Assembly (NCBI GenBank): GCA_049510215.1
Contig: JBEKZD010000003.1
Coordinates: 24,544-88,543, forward strand
DNA: 64,000 nt
DNA from: Verrucomicrobiia bacterium
Lineage (GTDB): Bacteria > Verrucomicrobiota > Verrucomicrobiia > Palsa-1439
Reading direction: 5' to 3'
Under the pieces are notes generated by a model that saw only the letters and a program-made list of their open reading frames with translations, did no database searches and was not told where the DNA came from. Below, piece after piece: positions 19,074-29,866 of this stretch. The position numbers and the translations under genes are program-made. Numbering within the stretch: the stretch's first letter is position 1; every line of letters begins with the position of its first letter.

Positions 19074-19321
19074 GGGCGGGGATTATAGTTGCGCCTGTGA
19101 AAAAATGAAGGATAGATTGCGAGCTGCGACAAATGGGGCGCTGGGGCATTGCAGTGATGGAGTACTGGATTACGCCGCCATCGCTCCACTGCTCAGGCGT
19201 CATCGTATTCTCAATGTTGGGTAGTGTCCTGATTTGCAGTTTGGAGGGACGCGCTCCGTCGCGTCCGTTCGCGAAATGCGGCCACGACAGAGCGTGGCCC
19301 TCCAGATTAGGACACTGCCCA

Positions 19322-20512
19322 ATGTTGAACCAGCTTTACATTCTCTACCTCGTGTCGTTGTTGATGGACATGAGCGTGGCAGGGGTGTCGTTTGCGATCA
19401 GCCGACGCGCCGCCGAGCTCGGCGCCAGCGCGTCGGAACTCGGCTGGCTGGCGGCGGTGTGGATCGGCGTGTACGGCGCGCTGGTGCTCCTGACAGGCCA
19501 CCTGTCGGACCGGGTAGGCCGTCGCAAGCTGGCCGTCATCGGTTGTCTCATTGCGTCGAGCATGACGTTGATTTGTTCGTTCACGACGCGCGTGCCGTTG
19601 CTGCTCTGGTTCAGCGCGGGAATCGGCGCCGGCATCGCGTGTTTCTGGCCGTCGATCATCGCGTGGCTCGGCGAAGGATTGAGCGGCGCGCAATTGGCGA
19701 AACGGTTGACCACTTTCGGCGTGGCATGGAACGCCGGTCTCCTCTTGGGTTTCGGCTGCACCGGAGTCATTTTCAAGCACTGGCCGCAGCCGGCATTCTA
19801 TGCGCCGGCAGGCGTGATCTTGCTCATTGCCGCGCTGTTGTTCATGCATGTTGAAGGTAGGGCTCGACCGCCGGGCGAGCTGAACGACTCGGACGGCCCG
19901 GCGGTCCGTCCCTACCAAAAACCTCACGTGCCGGCCGGTCGTGGATTCCGCAAAACGGCCTGGCTGGCGCTGTTCGCGACGAACTTCGCGCTCAACGGCA
20001 CAGCCGCGCTGTTCCCGCAACTGGCGACGCATCTCGGCATCAGCGCTGACGTGCACGGTGCATTGTTGGCAGCGGGACGCGGTGCCGCCCTGGCGGCATT
20101 TGTCGCACTGCAACTGCTGACGTTCTGGCGAACGCGGCTGTGGCCATTGTGGGTGGCGCAGGCGTGTTGCGCAACCAGCATCGTGTGGATCGGCCTGGCT
20201 AACGCGACGTGGATGTTCGCAACGGCGTGGGTGATCGGCGGCGTGGTATCAGGTTACGCGTATCAGGCGAGCATCTACTTCACGCTCGAAGAGATGAGTG
20301 AAAAAGGCAAAGGCAGCGGCTTCCACGAAGCGATGCTCGGCAGCGGGATGTTTTTCGGGCCGATGTTGGCGGGCTGGGTCGGCAACAATCACGGGTTGCG
20401 CACCCCGTACTTGTTCTGCGCCGCGGCGCTGCTGGCGCTCATCGTGGCTCAGATGATTCTTGTCTTTTGGAGACGCACCGCAGCCGCGAACGCCATCCTC
20501 CGCCACGACTGA
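19322..20512 (+). CDS. MFS transporter
   Basis: Twelve-TM-like hydrophobic pattern with the MFS signature GHLSDRVGRRK. Start trimmed to MLNQLYILY (19322). Contains an in-frame MITE-like insertion at 19856-19916. Confidence 0.7.
   Translation: MLNQLYILYLVSLLMDMSVAGVSFAISRRAAELGASASELGWLAAVWIGVYGALVLLTGHLSDRVGRRKLAVIGCLIASSMTLICSFTTRVPLLLWFSAGIGAGIACFWPSIIAWLGEGLSGAQLAKRLTTFGVAWNAGLLLGFGCTGVIFKHWPQPAFYAPAGVILLIAALLFMHVEGRARPPGELNDSDGPAVRPYQKPHVPAGRGFRKTAWLALFATNFALNGTAALFPQLATHLGISADVHGALLAAGRGAALAAFVALQLLTFWRTRLWPLWVAQACCATSIVWIGLANATWMFATAWVIGGVVSGYAYQASIYFTLEEMSEKGKGSGFHEAMLGSGMFFGPMLAGWVGNNHGLRTPYLFCAAALLALIVAQMILVFWRRTAAANAILRHD
19856..19916. mobile_element. MITE-like palindromic element, family 2 (GGTAGGG...CGGACGGCCCGGCGGTCCGTCCCTACC), inside the MFS CDS
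   Basis: Terminal inverted repeats GGTAGGG/CCCTACC plus internal hairpin GGACGG...CCGTCC. Near-identical copies at 41051-41123 and 31312-31378. Here it encodes a loop (...[12 protein letters not shown]...). Confidence 0.65.
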
Positions 20513-20521
20513 CTCGCCTCG

Positions 20522-21142
20522 CTAGAACGGGAACGGGAAGCTGCTGCCGCCGCCGCCCTTGCTCGTGTTCTGCGTGCGGGCACCGCCGGTCAGGAAAATC
20601 TTCGCGCCGCCGGGGTTGTCGGTCTGGATCATGCCGACCGCCTTGCCTTTGGTGTCGCCCGAGATGACGATCGCGTACGTCTCGGCGCCTTCCAACGTTT
20701 CACAACCGCTCAACGGCGTGCCGTTGCCGGACTTGCAGGAGTTGATGTCCGCTGCCGAGGGCGCGTTGATCGTCATCGTGCCCGTGCCGTCGCCGTTGGT
20801 GCTCACGCTGTAGGTGCCGGTCCAGTTGTAGTCGATCACGACCGTGGATATTCCATCGTCGGTGGTGGAAATCGTCCGCCCGGTCAAATTGCCTTTCCCA
20901 TCGGAGGCGAACACGCCGACCCGCAGGATGTCCTGACGCGGCGCGGTGGCGATGCCGGAATTCGTTTTGCCCGCCGTGCCGTCGTAGAACGGCGCGAAGC
21001 TCGTCACGCCGTGAAGCTGAAAGACGAACGCCCCCTTCAAGCTACTGGCCTTAAACTTTGCCGCTTCGCTCGCTGTGGCGACGGCCAGAGCCAGCGCTGC
21101 GAACCCGAGATATTTCACCGCTCTCAACATAATGATTTGCAT
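20522..21142 (-). CDS. hypothetical secreted protein (Gly/Thr-rich)
   Basis: Signal peptide (MLRAVKYLGFAALALAVATA) on a Gly/Thr-rich mature region. The long N-terminal extension of the ORF overlaps the next gene and was trimmed. Confidence 0.4.
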   Translation of the reverse strand: MQIIMLRAVKYLGFAALALAVATASEAAKFKASSLKGAFVFQLHGVTSFAPFYDGTAGKTNSGIATAPRQDILRVGVFASDGKGNLTGRTISTTDDGISTVVIDYNWTGTYSVSTNGDGTGTMTINAPSAADINSCKSGNGTPLSGCETLEGAETYAIVISGDTKGKAVGMIQTDNPGGAKIFLTGGARTQNTSKGGGGSSFPFPF

Positions 21143-21241
21143 CGAAGTCTCCTCGTAGTAAAAGGTTGTTGCCAGCCAGTCTATTAAGACACAACTCGCT
21201 GGAGATTGCTCGTTAAATCTTCTTGCACTAGACTCTGCGCC

Positions 21242-21670
21242 ATGAACGTTCCCAACCTCCGCAGTTGCCACGATACGGTCGGCGGCATCGTTTACTTCGG
21301 GCGCATGCTCGACAAAATCCGCCTCCACGCCCAAGGCAAACTCCCCGCTGATTACCACGAAAACCTCGGCAAAGGCTTCGACGGCCGCTGCTGCAGTTTT
21401 CTCCACGTCGCACACGACGGCGTCGTCTCGCGCGTCAAACAAGGCGGCACCGACGAAGAGATTTTGCGCTGGTGTTTCGCCCACGGCCGCAAACCGACCG
21501 ACGAAGAAATCGAAATCTGGAACGATTACATGCGGAAACGCGGCTGGCGCGATTCCTCGAGCAAACGATTGGCCGAACGCCTCAAGGAAAGCGGCCTCTC
21601 CCACCGCACCGACATCCAGACCTTCTTCGACTACATCGACGCCGACGAAGGCCGCGAATTGCGGACCTAA
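21242..21670 (+). CDS. DUF5069-like hypothetical protein
   Basis: MNVPNLRSCHDTVGGIVYFGRMLDKIRLHAQGKLPADY resembles the conserved DUF5069 N-terminus. Start trimmed to MNVPN. Confidence 0.45.
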   Translation: MNVPNLRSCHDTVGGIVYFGRMLDKIRLHAQGKLPADYHENLGKGFDGRCCSFLHVAHDGVVSRVKQGGTDEEILRWCFAHGRKPTDEEIEIWNDYMRKRGWRDSSSKRLAERLKESGLSHRTDIQTFFDYIDADEGRELRT

Positions 21671-21836
21671 AGGTGTTAGCAAGACCGTTTTGACTCGTGG
21701 GAGCGACATTCCTGTCGCGATCTTTCGCCGTGATTCCGGTCGGGGCAGGAATGCCCCTCCTACAAGGTCGTCCGCAGCATCTTCGTGATTTCGGCTGGCG
21801 TTCGCGGCGGGCTGTCGGTATTTTCCCGCCCACCGA

Positions 21837-23363
21837 ATGGCGACCAGAAAACCCAAGAAGAGGACCTCAAAAAGGGCAAAGGAAACGTTGCGCGTGCTGT
21901 TTGTCGCGTCGGAATGCACGCCGTACGCTAAAACGGGAGGACTCGGCGACGTCGTTGCGGGTTTGTCGAAGGCGTTGCGTCAACTCGGGCACGACGCGCG
22001 CGTGCTGGTTCCGCTGTATTCGTCGATCGACCGCGCGAAGTACGGCCTGAAGCCCGCACCGGGCGCCTGCGTGCACATGGGCGGTGGCATCGAGCATTGG
22101 GTCGGGCTGCAAGAGGCCCGGCTGGACGACATCGTGCCGGTGTGGTTCCTCGATTACAATTCGTACTTCGGGCGGCCTGGAATTTACGACGGGCCTTTCG
22201 GGCAGTATCACGACAACGCGTTCCGGTTCGCGCTCCTGTCGAAGGCGGCCCTCCAAATCTGCAAAGACCAGCAATGGATCCCGCACGTGATGCACGGGCA
22301 CGATTGGCCGGGCGCGCTGGTGCCCGTGTTTCTTAAAACGTGGGACCACGTTCTCTCGCCGCTGTCGAACACGGCCAGCGTGTTGACCATCCATAATATC
22401 GGCTACCCCGGCGTGTACGACGCGAACGTCCTGCCGTACGCAGGTCTTGGCAGCCAGTATTTCACGCCCGACATCTTCGAAGACCACGGCAAGGCGAATC
22501 TGTTGAAGGCGGGCATTTGGTTCGCCGACGCGTTGACGACTGTTTCGCCGACGCACGCGAAGGAGATTCTCGATCCTGTCGGCGGCATGGGACTGACCCC
22601 GTATGTCAGCAACCGACGCGCCGATTTCTTCGGCATCCTCAACGGCGCCGATTACTCGCTCTGGAATCCCGAAACCGACCGCCATCTTCCCGCGCGCTTT
22701 TCGGCGAATGACATCAGCGGCAAGGCGGTCTGCAAACGCGCCCTGCAGGAACATTTCCACCTCGAAGTCACTGACAAGCTGCCGCTCTTTGGGATCGTCA
22801 GCCGGTTCGCGTACCAGAAAGGGTTCAGCCTGTTGCGCGACGCGCTGCCCGCGGCGCTCGACGACATGCTGATGCAGTTGGTCGTGCTCGGCAACGGCGA
22901 TCCCGACACGGAGGATTTCTTCCGTTGGTTGCGTTCGGCGTATCCGGGACGCGTCGGCGCGCACATTGGGTTCTCGATTGAACTCAGTCATCTCATCGAG
23001 GCGGGCAGCGATTTCTTTCTCATGCCGTCGCTCTACGAACCGTGCGGACTCAATCAGATTTACTCGTTGAAGTACGGCACGTTGCCTGTCGTTCGCGCCA
23101 CGGGCGGCCTCGACGACACCGTACAGAACTATAACGAGGGCACGGGAGACGGGACAGGGTTCAAGTTCTGGGAACCGTCAGCTCGCGCGCTGTACTACAC
23201 GATTGGCTGGGCCGCCGCGACTTGGTTTGACCGCCCGCAGCACATCACCAAGCTCCGCCAACAAGCCATGGCGCAGAACTTTGATTGGCGCACCGCCGCC
23301 CAACACTACATCGATGTCTACCACCGCGCCCTGCGCAACAAGCAAGCTGCGGCGCTGGGTTAA
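21837..23363 (+). CDS. glgA: glycogen/starch synthase (GT5, ADP-glucose type)
   Basis: LFVASECTPYAKTGGLGDVVAGL is the hallmark GlgA KTGGL motif. C-terminal GT-B domain present (SRFAYQKG...VVLGNGD...PSLYEPCGL). Confidence 0.85.
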   Translation: MATRKPKKRTSKRAKETLRVLFVASECTPYAKTGGLGDVVAGLSKALRQLGHDARVLVPLYSSIDRAKYGLKPAPGACVHMGGGIEHWVGLQEARLDDIVPVWFLDYNSYFGRPGIYDGPFGQYHDNAFRFALLSKAALQICKDQQWIPHVMHGHDWPGALVPVFLKTWDHVLSPLSNTASVLTIHNIGYPGVYDANVLPYAGLGSQYFTPDIFEDHGKANLLKAGIWFADALTTVSPTHAKEILDPVGGMGLTPYVSNRRADFFGILNGADYSLWNPETDRHLPARFSANDISGKAVCKRALQEHFHLEVTDKLPLFGIVSRFAYQKGFSLLRDALPAALDDMLMQLVVLGNGDPDTEDFFRWLRSAYPGRVGAHIGFSIELSHLIEAGSDFFLMPSLYEPCGLNQIYSLKYGTLPVVRATGGLDDTVQNYNEGTGDGTGFKFWEPSARALYYTIGWAAATWFDRPQHITKLRQQAMAQNFDWRTAAQHYIDVYHRALRNKQAAALG

Positions 23364-23416
23364 CGCACGGCTCTTGCCAGCGCTTCGCCGCGCCGATATA
23401 GTCGCAGCCTGATTCC

Positions 23417-26410
23417 ATGCCCGAAATCCGAAAGAAATATCCGTTCGACAAGATCGAGCCGAAGTGGCAACGCTATTGGGCCGAGCACAAGACGTTTGCT
23501 GCCGTTGACCAGTCACCGATCCCCAGTCACCAATCACCGAAGTTGTACGTCCTAGACATGTTCCCGTACCCCAGCGGCGCAGGGCTGCACGTCGGCCATC
23601 CCGAAGGCTACACCGCCACCGACATTTACTGCCGATTCAAACGGATGCGCGGATTCAACGTGCTGCATCCGATGGGCTGGGACGCGTTCGGTCTTCCCGC
23701 CGAACAATACGCCATCGACACCGGCACTCAGCCCGCCGTCACGACGCGCAAGAACATCGACACCTTTCGCCGCCAAATCCAGATGCTCGGCTTTTCCTAC
23801 GATTGGGACCGCGAAGTGGACACGACCGACCCGAATTACTTCAAGTGGACGCAGTGGATTTTCCTCCAGCTCTACAACAGCTACTTTGACTTCGAACTCG
23901 AGAGGGCGACGCCGATTTCGCTCCTCGAAGATGCTCTCTCCGAGACTCCGCAGCGCGAGACCGAGTGGAAGGACAATGCTTTCCTCTCTGGAACCCGCGC
24001 GGGCTTCTTCAAACGGCCACGCCACGAGCACGACAACCTGCGCTGTTCATTTATCCGCAACATGCGCCTCGCCCGCGAGGCCGAAGTACCCGTCTGGTGG
24101 TGTGAAGGCTGCAAAGCCGTTCTCGCCAACGAGGAAGTCAACGCCGACGGCACGTGCGACCGCAAAGGTCACAAGGAAGTTTATCGCCGTCCCCTTCGAC
24201 AATGGATTCTCAAGATCACCGCCTACGCGGAGCGATTGCTGAAAGATTTGGAGTTGGTCAACTGGCCAGAATCCATCAAGGAACAGCAGCGCAACTGGAT
24301 TGGGCGGAGTGAGGGGGCGGAAGTAGACTTCCAAATTGCCGGTGGCACAGGCGTCCCTGCCTGTGACAAGATTCGTGTGTTCACCACACGACCTGACACA
24401 CTCTTCGGCGCGACGTACATGGTGCTCGCACCGGAGCACCCGCTCGTCGAGAAAGTCACGACATCCGAACAGCGCGCTACCGTGATCGCCTACCGCGAGG
24501 AAGCTCAACGCAAGAGTGAGCTGGAACGCACGCAGTTGGAGAAGGAAAAGACCGGCGTGTTTACCGGCGGCTACGCCATCAATCCGGTGAACGACGAGAA
24601 GATTCCGATTTGGGTCGCCGATTACGTGATGATGAGCTACGGCACAGGCGCCATCATGGCCGTGCCAGCGCACGACACGCGTGACTTCGAGTTCGCGAAG
24701 AAATTTGGTTTGGAGATTCTTCTGGTAGTAAAACCCCTTTTTGAGAATGCAGAGCATCTCAAGCGTAACGCCGAGTTTTGGGCACGTTTCGACGAGGATT
24801 ATCAAAGCGAGGAAGAGTTCGCGAATGCTATCAGAAAGGAGGAGAGATCCTGGGGTAAGGGTGAAACACTGCTGAGCCAGATTGTTGACAAGAATACTGG
24901 TGAGGTTCTCTCTCCTTTCGTCGGGGACGGCACGTGCTTCAACTCTCCAAACAAGAAAGATGCCGAAGCGTGGAGGCGTGAAGGCCGAAGCTTTTGTGAA
25001 ATCACCGGCCTGCCCACTCCCGAAGCCAAGAAGAAGATCACTGCTTGGCTCGAAGAGCGCGGCCTCGGCAAGGCAACCGTGCAATACAAGCTGCGCGACT
25101 GGTTGTTCTCGCGGCAACGGTACTGGGGCGAGCCGATTCCGATTGTCCATTGCGAGGGATGCGGAACGGTTGCCGTGCCTGAGAGCGACTTGCCGCTCAC
25201 GTTACCGGAGATGAAGGATTACACGCCGACGGGCAATGCCGAGCCGCCGTTGGCCAAGGCAACGGATTGGGTCAACACGAAATGTCCGCAGTGTGGCGGC
25301 CCAGCCCGGCGCGAGACGAACACGATGCCGCAGTGGGCGGGATCGTGCTGGTATTACCTCCGTTACATTGACCCGAAAAACAAGGCAGCGTTCGTCGGGA
25401 AAGAGAAGGAGAAGTACTGGATGCCGGTCGATCTCTACGTCGGTGGCGCGGAGCACGCGGTGTTGCATCTGCTTTACTCGCGATTCTGGCACAAGGTGCT
25501 GTTCGATCTCGGCCACGTCTCGACGCCGGAGCCGTTCGTGCGGTTGGTCAACCAGGGCATGATTCTCGGCGAAGACAACCAGAAGATGTCGAAGTCGCGC
25601 GGCAACGTGATCAATCCCGACGACGTGGTGCGCGAGTGCGGCGCGGATGCGTTCCGCATGTACGAGATGTTCATGGGGCCGCTCGAAGCGACGAAACCGT
25701 GGAGCACGGAAGGGTTGCAGGGCGTGTATCGGTTCCTCGGCCGCGTCTGGCGACTGTTCTGCGATGAGGACGGCAATCTCATCGTGGACGACGAACCGAA
25801 TCCCCCTCACCTTGATCCTCTCCCCCAAACGACGGGGGAGAGGAAACAGCAAGGAATCCCCTCGCCCTTGCCGTCCAAGGGAGAGGTTTACCCGCCGCAG
25901 GCGGCGCCAAAGGCGACCAAGGGTCAGGGTGAGGGTTCCGTTGATCCCAAGCTGCTCAAAGCGCTCCATCAGACGATCAAGAAAGTCGGCGAAGACACCG
26001 ACACACTCAACTTCAACACCGCGATCTCGCAGATGATGATCTTCGTCAACGAAGTCACGGCGCAGACGGCCCGTCCACGCAAACTTCTCGAACCGTTCGT
26101 GCTGGTGCTCGCGCCGTACGCGCCGCATCTGGTCGAGGAACTCTGGGAAAAGTTAGGGCACAAGCAATCGCTCGCCCAAGAACCGTGGCCGAAGTACGAC
26201 GCCGCGTTGCTGGTGGAGAGCACCGTCACGGTCATTCTACAGGTCAACGGCAAGTTGCGCGACCGCATCGAAGTGCCGGCCAACGCATCGCAGTCGGAAC
26301 TCGAAACGCTGGCGCTCGCCAACGACCGCGTGAAGGAATTCCTCGCCGGCAAGCAAATCAAGAAAGTCATCGTCGTCCCCGGCAAACTGGTCAACATCGC
26401 GGCGGGTTGA
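23417..26410 (+). CDS. leuS: leucyl-tRNA synthetase
   Basis: [12 protein letters not shown] (HIGH) and KMSKSRGN (KMSKS) are present, with the editing domain and anticodon-binding domain. Carries a 47-aa in-frame insertion encoded by a MITE-like element at 25805-25934. Confidence 0.95.
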   Translation: MPEIRKKYPFDKIEPKWQRYWAEHKTFAAVDQSPIPSHQSPKLYVLDMFPYPSGAGLHVGHPEGYTATDIYCRFKRMRGFNVLHPMGWDAFGLPAEQYAIDTGTQPAVTTRKNIDTFRRQIQMLGFSYDWDREVDTTDPNYFKWTQWIFLQLYNSYFDFELERATPISLLEDALSETPQRETEWKDNAFLSGTRAGFFKRPRHEHDNLRCSFIRNMRLAREAEVPVWWCEGCKAVLANEEVNADGTCDRKGHKEVYRRPLRQWILKITAYAERLLKDLELVNWPESIKEQQRNWIGRSEGAEVDFQIAGGTGVPACDKIRVFTTRPDTLFGATYMVLAPEHPLVEKVTTSEQRATVIAYREEAQRKSELERTQLEKEKTGVFTGGYAINPVNDEKIPIWVADYVMMSYGTGAIMAVPAHDTRDFEFAKKFGLEILLVVKPLFENAEHLKRNAEFWARFDEDYQSEEEFANAIRKEERSWGKGETLLSQIVDKNTGEVLSPFVGDGTCFNSPNKKDAEAWRREGRSFCEITGLPTPEAKKKITAWLEERGLGKATVQYKLRDWLFSRQRYWGEPIPIVHCEGCGTVAVPESDLPLTLPEMKDYTPTGNAEPPLAKATDWVNTKCPQCGGPARRETNTMPQWAGSCWYYLRYIDPKNKAAFVGKEKEKYWMPVDLYVGGAEHAVLHLLYSRFWHKVLFDLGHVSTPEPFVRLVNQGMILGEDNQKMSKSRGNVINPDDVVRECGADAFRMYEMFMGPLEATKPWSTEGLQGVYRFLGRVWRLFCDEDGNLIVDDEPNPPHLDPLPQTTGERKQQGIPSPLPSKGEVYPPQAAPKATKGQGEGSVDPKLLKALHQTIKKVGEDTDTLNFNTAISQMMIFVNEVTAQTARPRKLLEPFVLVLAPYAPHLVEELWEKLGHKQSLAQEPWPKYDAALLVESTVTVILQVNGKLRDRIEVPANASQSELETLALANDRVKEFLAGKQIKKVIVVPGKLVNIAAG
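25805..25934. mobile_element. MITE-like palindromic element, family 1 (TIR CCTCACCTTGATCC ... GGTCAGGGTGAGG), inserted in frame in leuS
   Basis: Internal hairpins TCTCCCCCAAACGACGGGGGAGA and CCCTCGCCCTTGCCGTCCAAGGGAGAGG. Related copies at 42725-42808 (intergenic) and 38098-38148 (short variant). Translated as [47 protein letters not shown]. Confidence 0.7.
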
Positions 26411-26538
26411 ATCCCGGTCCCGCCAAGGCGAGGCAAACGCGCGCGCAAAAAAAGTGGTTGTGATGCCGGGGAAGTTGGCTGATATTGGTGTGTGCGAAGG
26501 TGGAGATAGGGTTATGGCTGGGTTACAGTCAGCAAATG

Positions 26539-26682
26539 TTCAAACTTACCAGGCAAGAGCAAATGATTGTGGCGTTCCTCGTGGGAGCAATCCTGCTCGG
26601 CACAGTCGTTCGGCAATGGCGTGCGCGGACCGGTTCCAAGGAGGCGCCGGCCGCCGTAACCATGGAGAAGAGGGATAGATAG
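26539..26682 (+). CDS. possible small membrane protein
   Basis: MFKLTRQEQMIVAFLVGAILLGTVV. Its TAG stop directly abuts the ATG of the next gene (TAGATG). Weak evidence. Confidence 0.25.
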   Translation, partial: FKLTRQEQMIVAFLVGAILLGTVVRQWRARTGSKEAPAAVTMEKRDR

Positions 26683-27177
26683 ATGCAAAAGCCTAGTTTT
26701 TACGAATCGGTCGATGAGATTTTGCAGAGGGACGGACGTTACGATCGGGACTCCTACTACTTTGTGCGGGAAGGATTGGATTACACGCTGAAGATGCTCA
26801 GGAAAAACGCACACACGCAGCCCGCTCTTCGCCACGTCACGGGACAGGAATTACTGGAAGGGCTGCGGCGCTACGCACTCGATCAATTCGGCCCAATGGC
26901 GAAGACGGTGCTGGCCTACTGGGGCATACGTCGGTGCGACGATTTTGGCGAGATCGTCTTCAACATGGTCGAAAAAGGCATCCTCGGAAGGACCGAGCAA
27001 GACTCCCGCGAAGATTTCAAAGGCGGTTATGATTTTGATGAAGTGTTCGTTAAGCCGTATCAGCCGCTTGCGCGGGCCGCCGGCAGCCGTCCAGTCACCG
27101 CCCACGCCAATCCCGATCGCTTTCGTGACAAGAGTCGCAGTTCGGGCGCGGAAAAACTGAGCGGCGGTTCCAACTAG
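26683..27177 (+). CDS. conserved hypothetical protein
   Basis: 164-aa ORF with good codon usage and no diagnostic motif that I can name. Confidence 0.5.
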   Translation: MQKPSFYESVDEILQRDGRYDRDSYYFVREGLDYTLKMLRKNAHTQPALRHVTGQELLEGLRRYALDQFGPMAKTVLAYWGIRRCDDFGEIVFNMVEKGILGRTEQDSREDFKGGYDFDEVFVKPYQPLARAAGSRPVTAHANPDRFRDKSRSSGAEKLSGGSN

Positions 27178-27191
27178 CTGTCTCATTCGAC

Positions 27192-29795
27192 ATGCGATTC
27201 AATCCCGTCGCTTGTTGTCTGATGGCAGCCTTGGCCGCAATGGCGACCAATTCCATGGCAATCACGCAGACAAACCATACGTTATCGGCGCGCAAAACGA
27301 TTCTCGACAACGGGCTGACCCTTCTCGTCAAAGAAGACCACAGCGCGCCCGTCGTGAGCGCCCAAGCCTGGTGTCGCGCGGGCAGCATTACGGAAGGCCG
27401 TTGGATGGGCGCGGGCTTGTCGCACGTGCTGGAGCACATGCTCTTCAAGGGCACGACCACGCGCGGCGTCGCGCAGATTGCGCAGGAGATTGAAGACAAG
27501 GGCGGCTACATCAACGCCTATACCTCCTTCCAGCAGACCGTTTTCCACATCAACATCCCGTCGGAAAATTGGAAGACCGCTGTCGACATTCTCGCCGACT
27601 GCATGATGAACGCCACCATTCCCGAGGAGGAACTGCTCAAGGAGAAGCAAGTCATCCTCCGCGAAATGGCGATGAACGTGGACGATCCCGGTCGTCGCTC
27701 CTCGCTGATGCTGTGGGCAACGGCGTACACGACGCATCCGTTTCGGCATCCCGTCATCGGTTATCCCGACATTTACAATCGCATTACGCGCGACGACGTG
27801 GTGGCGTATTACAAGGAACATTACGTGCCGAACAACCTCATCTTCGTCGTCGTGGGCGACATCAATGCCGACGAGATCGAAGCGCGCGTCCGCGAGTTGA
27901 CGAAAGATTTCAAGATGGGTGCGATCGAGCCGGCGACGGTTCTGCCCGAGCCGCCGCAGCTCAGCACGCGCGAACGCCACGAGGAAGCGCCGATTCAACT
28001 CTCCAACATTCATCTCGCCTGGCACATTCCCGCGTTGACGAATCCCGACGTGTATCCGCTGGACGTGTTGGCGATCATCCTCGGCCAGGGCAAAAGCTCG
28101 CGCCTGTACCGCGAGGTGCGGCAGAAACGCGGTCTCGTGCATGCGATCGACGCCAGCAGTTACACGCCGTCTTATCCCGGCGTTTTCGAGATTGAAGCGA
28201 TCGCCGACGCGGAGAAGCGCGACGAAGCCATCGCCGCGATTCGAGGCGAGGTCAGGAAACTGATCGCCGAATCCGTCACCGACGCAGAATGCCAGAAAGC
28301 GATCAAAGCCTCCGTCAACAATCATCTCGAAACGTTCAAGACGATGGAAGGCCAGGCGGTCGACCTGGCGCAGAGCGAAATTCTCGTGGGCGACCCGAAT
28401 TTCTCGACGGTTTATCTGGACCGCGTTCGCCAGGTCACACCGGCGGACATTCGCCGCGTCGTGGCGCAGTATTTTGCCGATGCCAATCTGACGATCACGT
28501 CGCTCGATCCCGAAGGCACGGAAGCGAAGCCGCCGGCAGAGAAAACGGCCAGGACCGAAATCAAGATTCAGAAGTTCGAGTTCCCGAACGGCCTGCGATT
28601 GCTCGTGCGCGAAGACCACAAGCTGCCGTTCCTCGATCTGCGCGCGTTGATGAAGGGCGGCGTCATCGCCGAGACCGGCGCCGACAACGGCATCACCAAA
28701 CTCACCGCGCGAATGATGTTGAAGGGAACGAAGACCCGCACGGCCAACCAGATTGCCGACGCCATCGAATCGGTTGGCGGCGACATCAGCTACATGTCCG
28801 GCAACAACAGTTTCGGCGTGTCCGCGCACGTGATGGATGAAGACCTGGATCTGGCGCTGGACGTGTTGGCCGATGTGTTGCAGAACCCGACGTTCCCGGA
28901 GGACATGCTCAAGCGCGAGCGCGACGTGCAACTGGCCGAGATCAGGGCGGAGCAGGACCAGGTTTTGCGCGCGGGCCAGCAGTTGTTGCGCGAGGCGATG
29001 TACGCGCATCACCCGTATCGCTTGAACCCGCTCGGCAAAGCCGAGACGGTCCAGAAACTGACGCGCGCGGACGCGGTGGATTTCCACCGGCGCTACGTCG
29101 TGCCGAACAACATGGTGTTGACCGTTTTTGGCGACGTGAATGCCGAGGAGATCCGCCGGAAGGTGGAAGCTAAGTTCGGCGGCATGAAATCGGTGAAACC
29201 GGAGTTTCCGCGCACCGGCCCCGAGAAGCTGGCTGCCTCGTCGGAGAAAATCGAGAACAAACCGAAGGAGCAGGCGGTGCTCCTGATAGGTTTCAGCGGC
29301 ACCGACATGTTCAGCAATGACCGCTTCGCCTTGGAACTTCTCGACGAAGCGTACTCCGGGCTAGGCTCGCGACTGTTCCTGCGGATTCGGGATGAGTTGG
29401 GTCTGGCGTATTACGTCGGCGCGTACCAACAGCCCGGACTCGATCCCGGTTATTTTGCGTTTTACGTGGGAACGATGCCCGAGAAGGTCGATCTCTGTAA
29501 GAAGGAAATCTTCGCCGAACTCGACAAGCTCAAACAAGACGGTCTCAGCGCGAAGGAGCTTGAGCGCGCCAAGAACAGCCTCATCGGCCAGCGCAAAGTC
29601 CGGATGCAGGATAACGCGGATTTGAGCCTGATGGTTGGCCTCGACGAGTTGTACGGGCTCGGCTATAATTTCTTCCAGTCGATGGACGAAAAATACAACG
29701 CCGTCACTGCTGACGACATCAAGCGCGTGGCAAACAGGTATTTCACCGATCAGCCGCACGCCGTCGTGGTGATCAAACCCGTGGAGAAACAATGA
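27192..29795 (+). CDS. M16-family zinc metallopeptidase (tandem insulinase-like halves)
   Basis: Signal peptide. HVLEHMLFKGT is the inverted zincin HxxEH motif. Two M16 / M16_C repeats give 867 aa. Confidence 0.85.
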   Translation: MRFNPVACCLMAALAAMATNSMAITQTNHTLSARKTILDNGLTLLVKEDHSAPVVSAQAWCRAGSITEGRWMGAGLSHVLEHMLFKGTTTRGVAQIAQEIEDKGGYINAYTSFQQTVFHINIPSENWKTAVDILADCMMNATIPEEELLKEKQVILREMAMNVDDPGRRSSLMLWATAYTTHPFRHPVIGYPDIYNRITRDDVVAYYKEHYVPNNLIFVVVGDINADEIEARVRELTKDFKMGAIEPATVLPEPPQLSTRERHEEAPIQLSNIHLAWHIPALTNPDVYPLDVLAIILGQGKSSRLYREVRQKRGLVHAIDASSYTPSYPGVFEIEAIADAEKRDEAIAAIRGEVRKLIAESVTDAECQKAIKASVNNHLETFKTMEGQAVDLAQSEILVGDPNFSTVYLDRVRQVTPADIRRVVAQYFADANLTITSLDPEGTEAKPPAEKTARTEIKIQKFEFPNGLRLLVREDHKLPFLDLRALMKGGVIAETGADNGITKLTARMMLKGTKTRTANQIADAIESVGGDISYMSGNNSFGVSAHVMDEDLDLALDVLADVLQNPTFPEDMLKRERDVQLAEIRAEQDQVLRAGQQLLREAMYAHHPYRLNPLGKAETVQKLTRADAVDFHRRYVVPNNMVLTVFGDVNAEEIRRKVEAKFGGMKSVKPEFPRTGPEKLAASSEKIENKPKEQAVLLIGFSGTDMFSNDRFALELLDEAYSGLGSRLFLRIRDELGLAYYVGAYQQPGLDPGYFAFYVGTMPEKVDLCKKEIFAELDKLKQDGLSAKELERAKNSLIGQRKVRMQDNADLSLMVGLDELYGLGYNFFQSMDEKYNAVTADDIKRVANRYFTDQPHAVVVIKPVEKQ

Positions 29796-29802
29796 TGTAG
29801 TG

Positions 29803-29851
29803 GCGCTTCCCTGCCCCGAAGGCTTTCGGGGTGAACGAAGCGCCGCGAATT
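29803..29851. repeat. nested GC-rich hairpin downstream of the M16 gene (GGCGCTTC...CCCCGAA-ggct-TTCGGGG...GAAGCGCC)
   Basis: The inner 18-mer CCCCGAAGGCTTTCGGGG recurs inside the FGGY-kinase CDS at 43779-43797. There is no U-tract, so terminator function is uncertain. Confidence 0.5.
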
Positions 29852-29866
29852 AACAACTGCGCTTCA

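Noticed and set aside
26410-26470. Rho-independent terminator after leuS (GCGCGCGC followed by AAAAAAA)
   Set aside because: The A-run is on the coding strand (no U-tract in the transcript) and the stem is weak. Not called.
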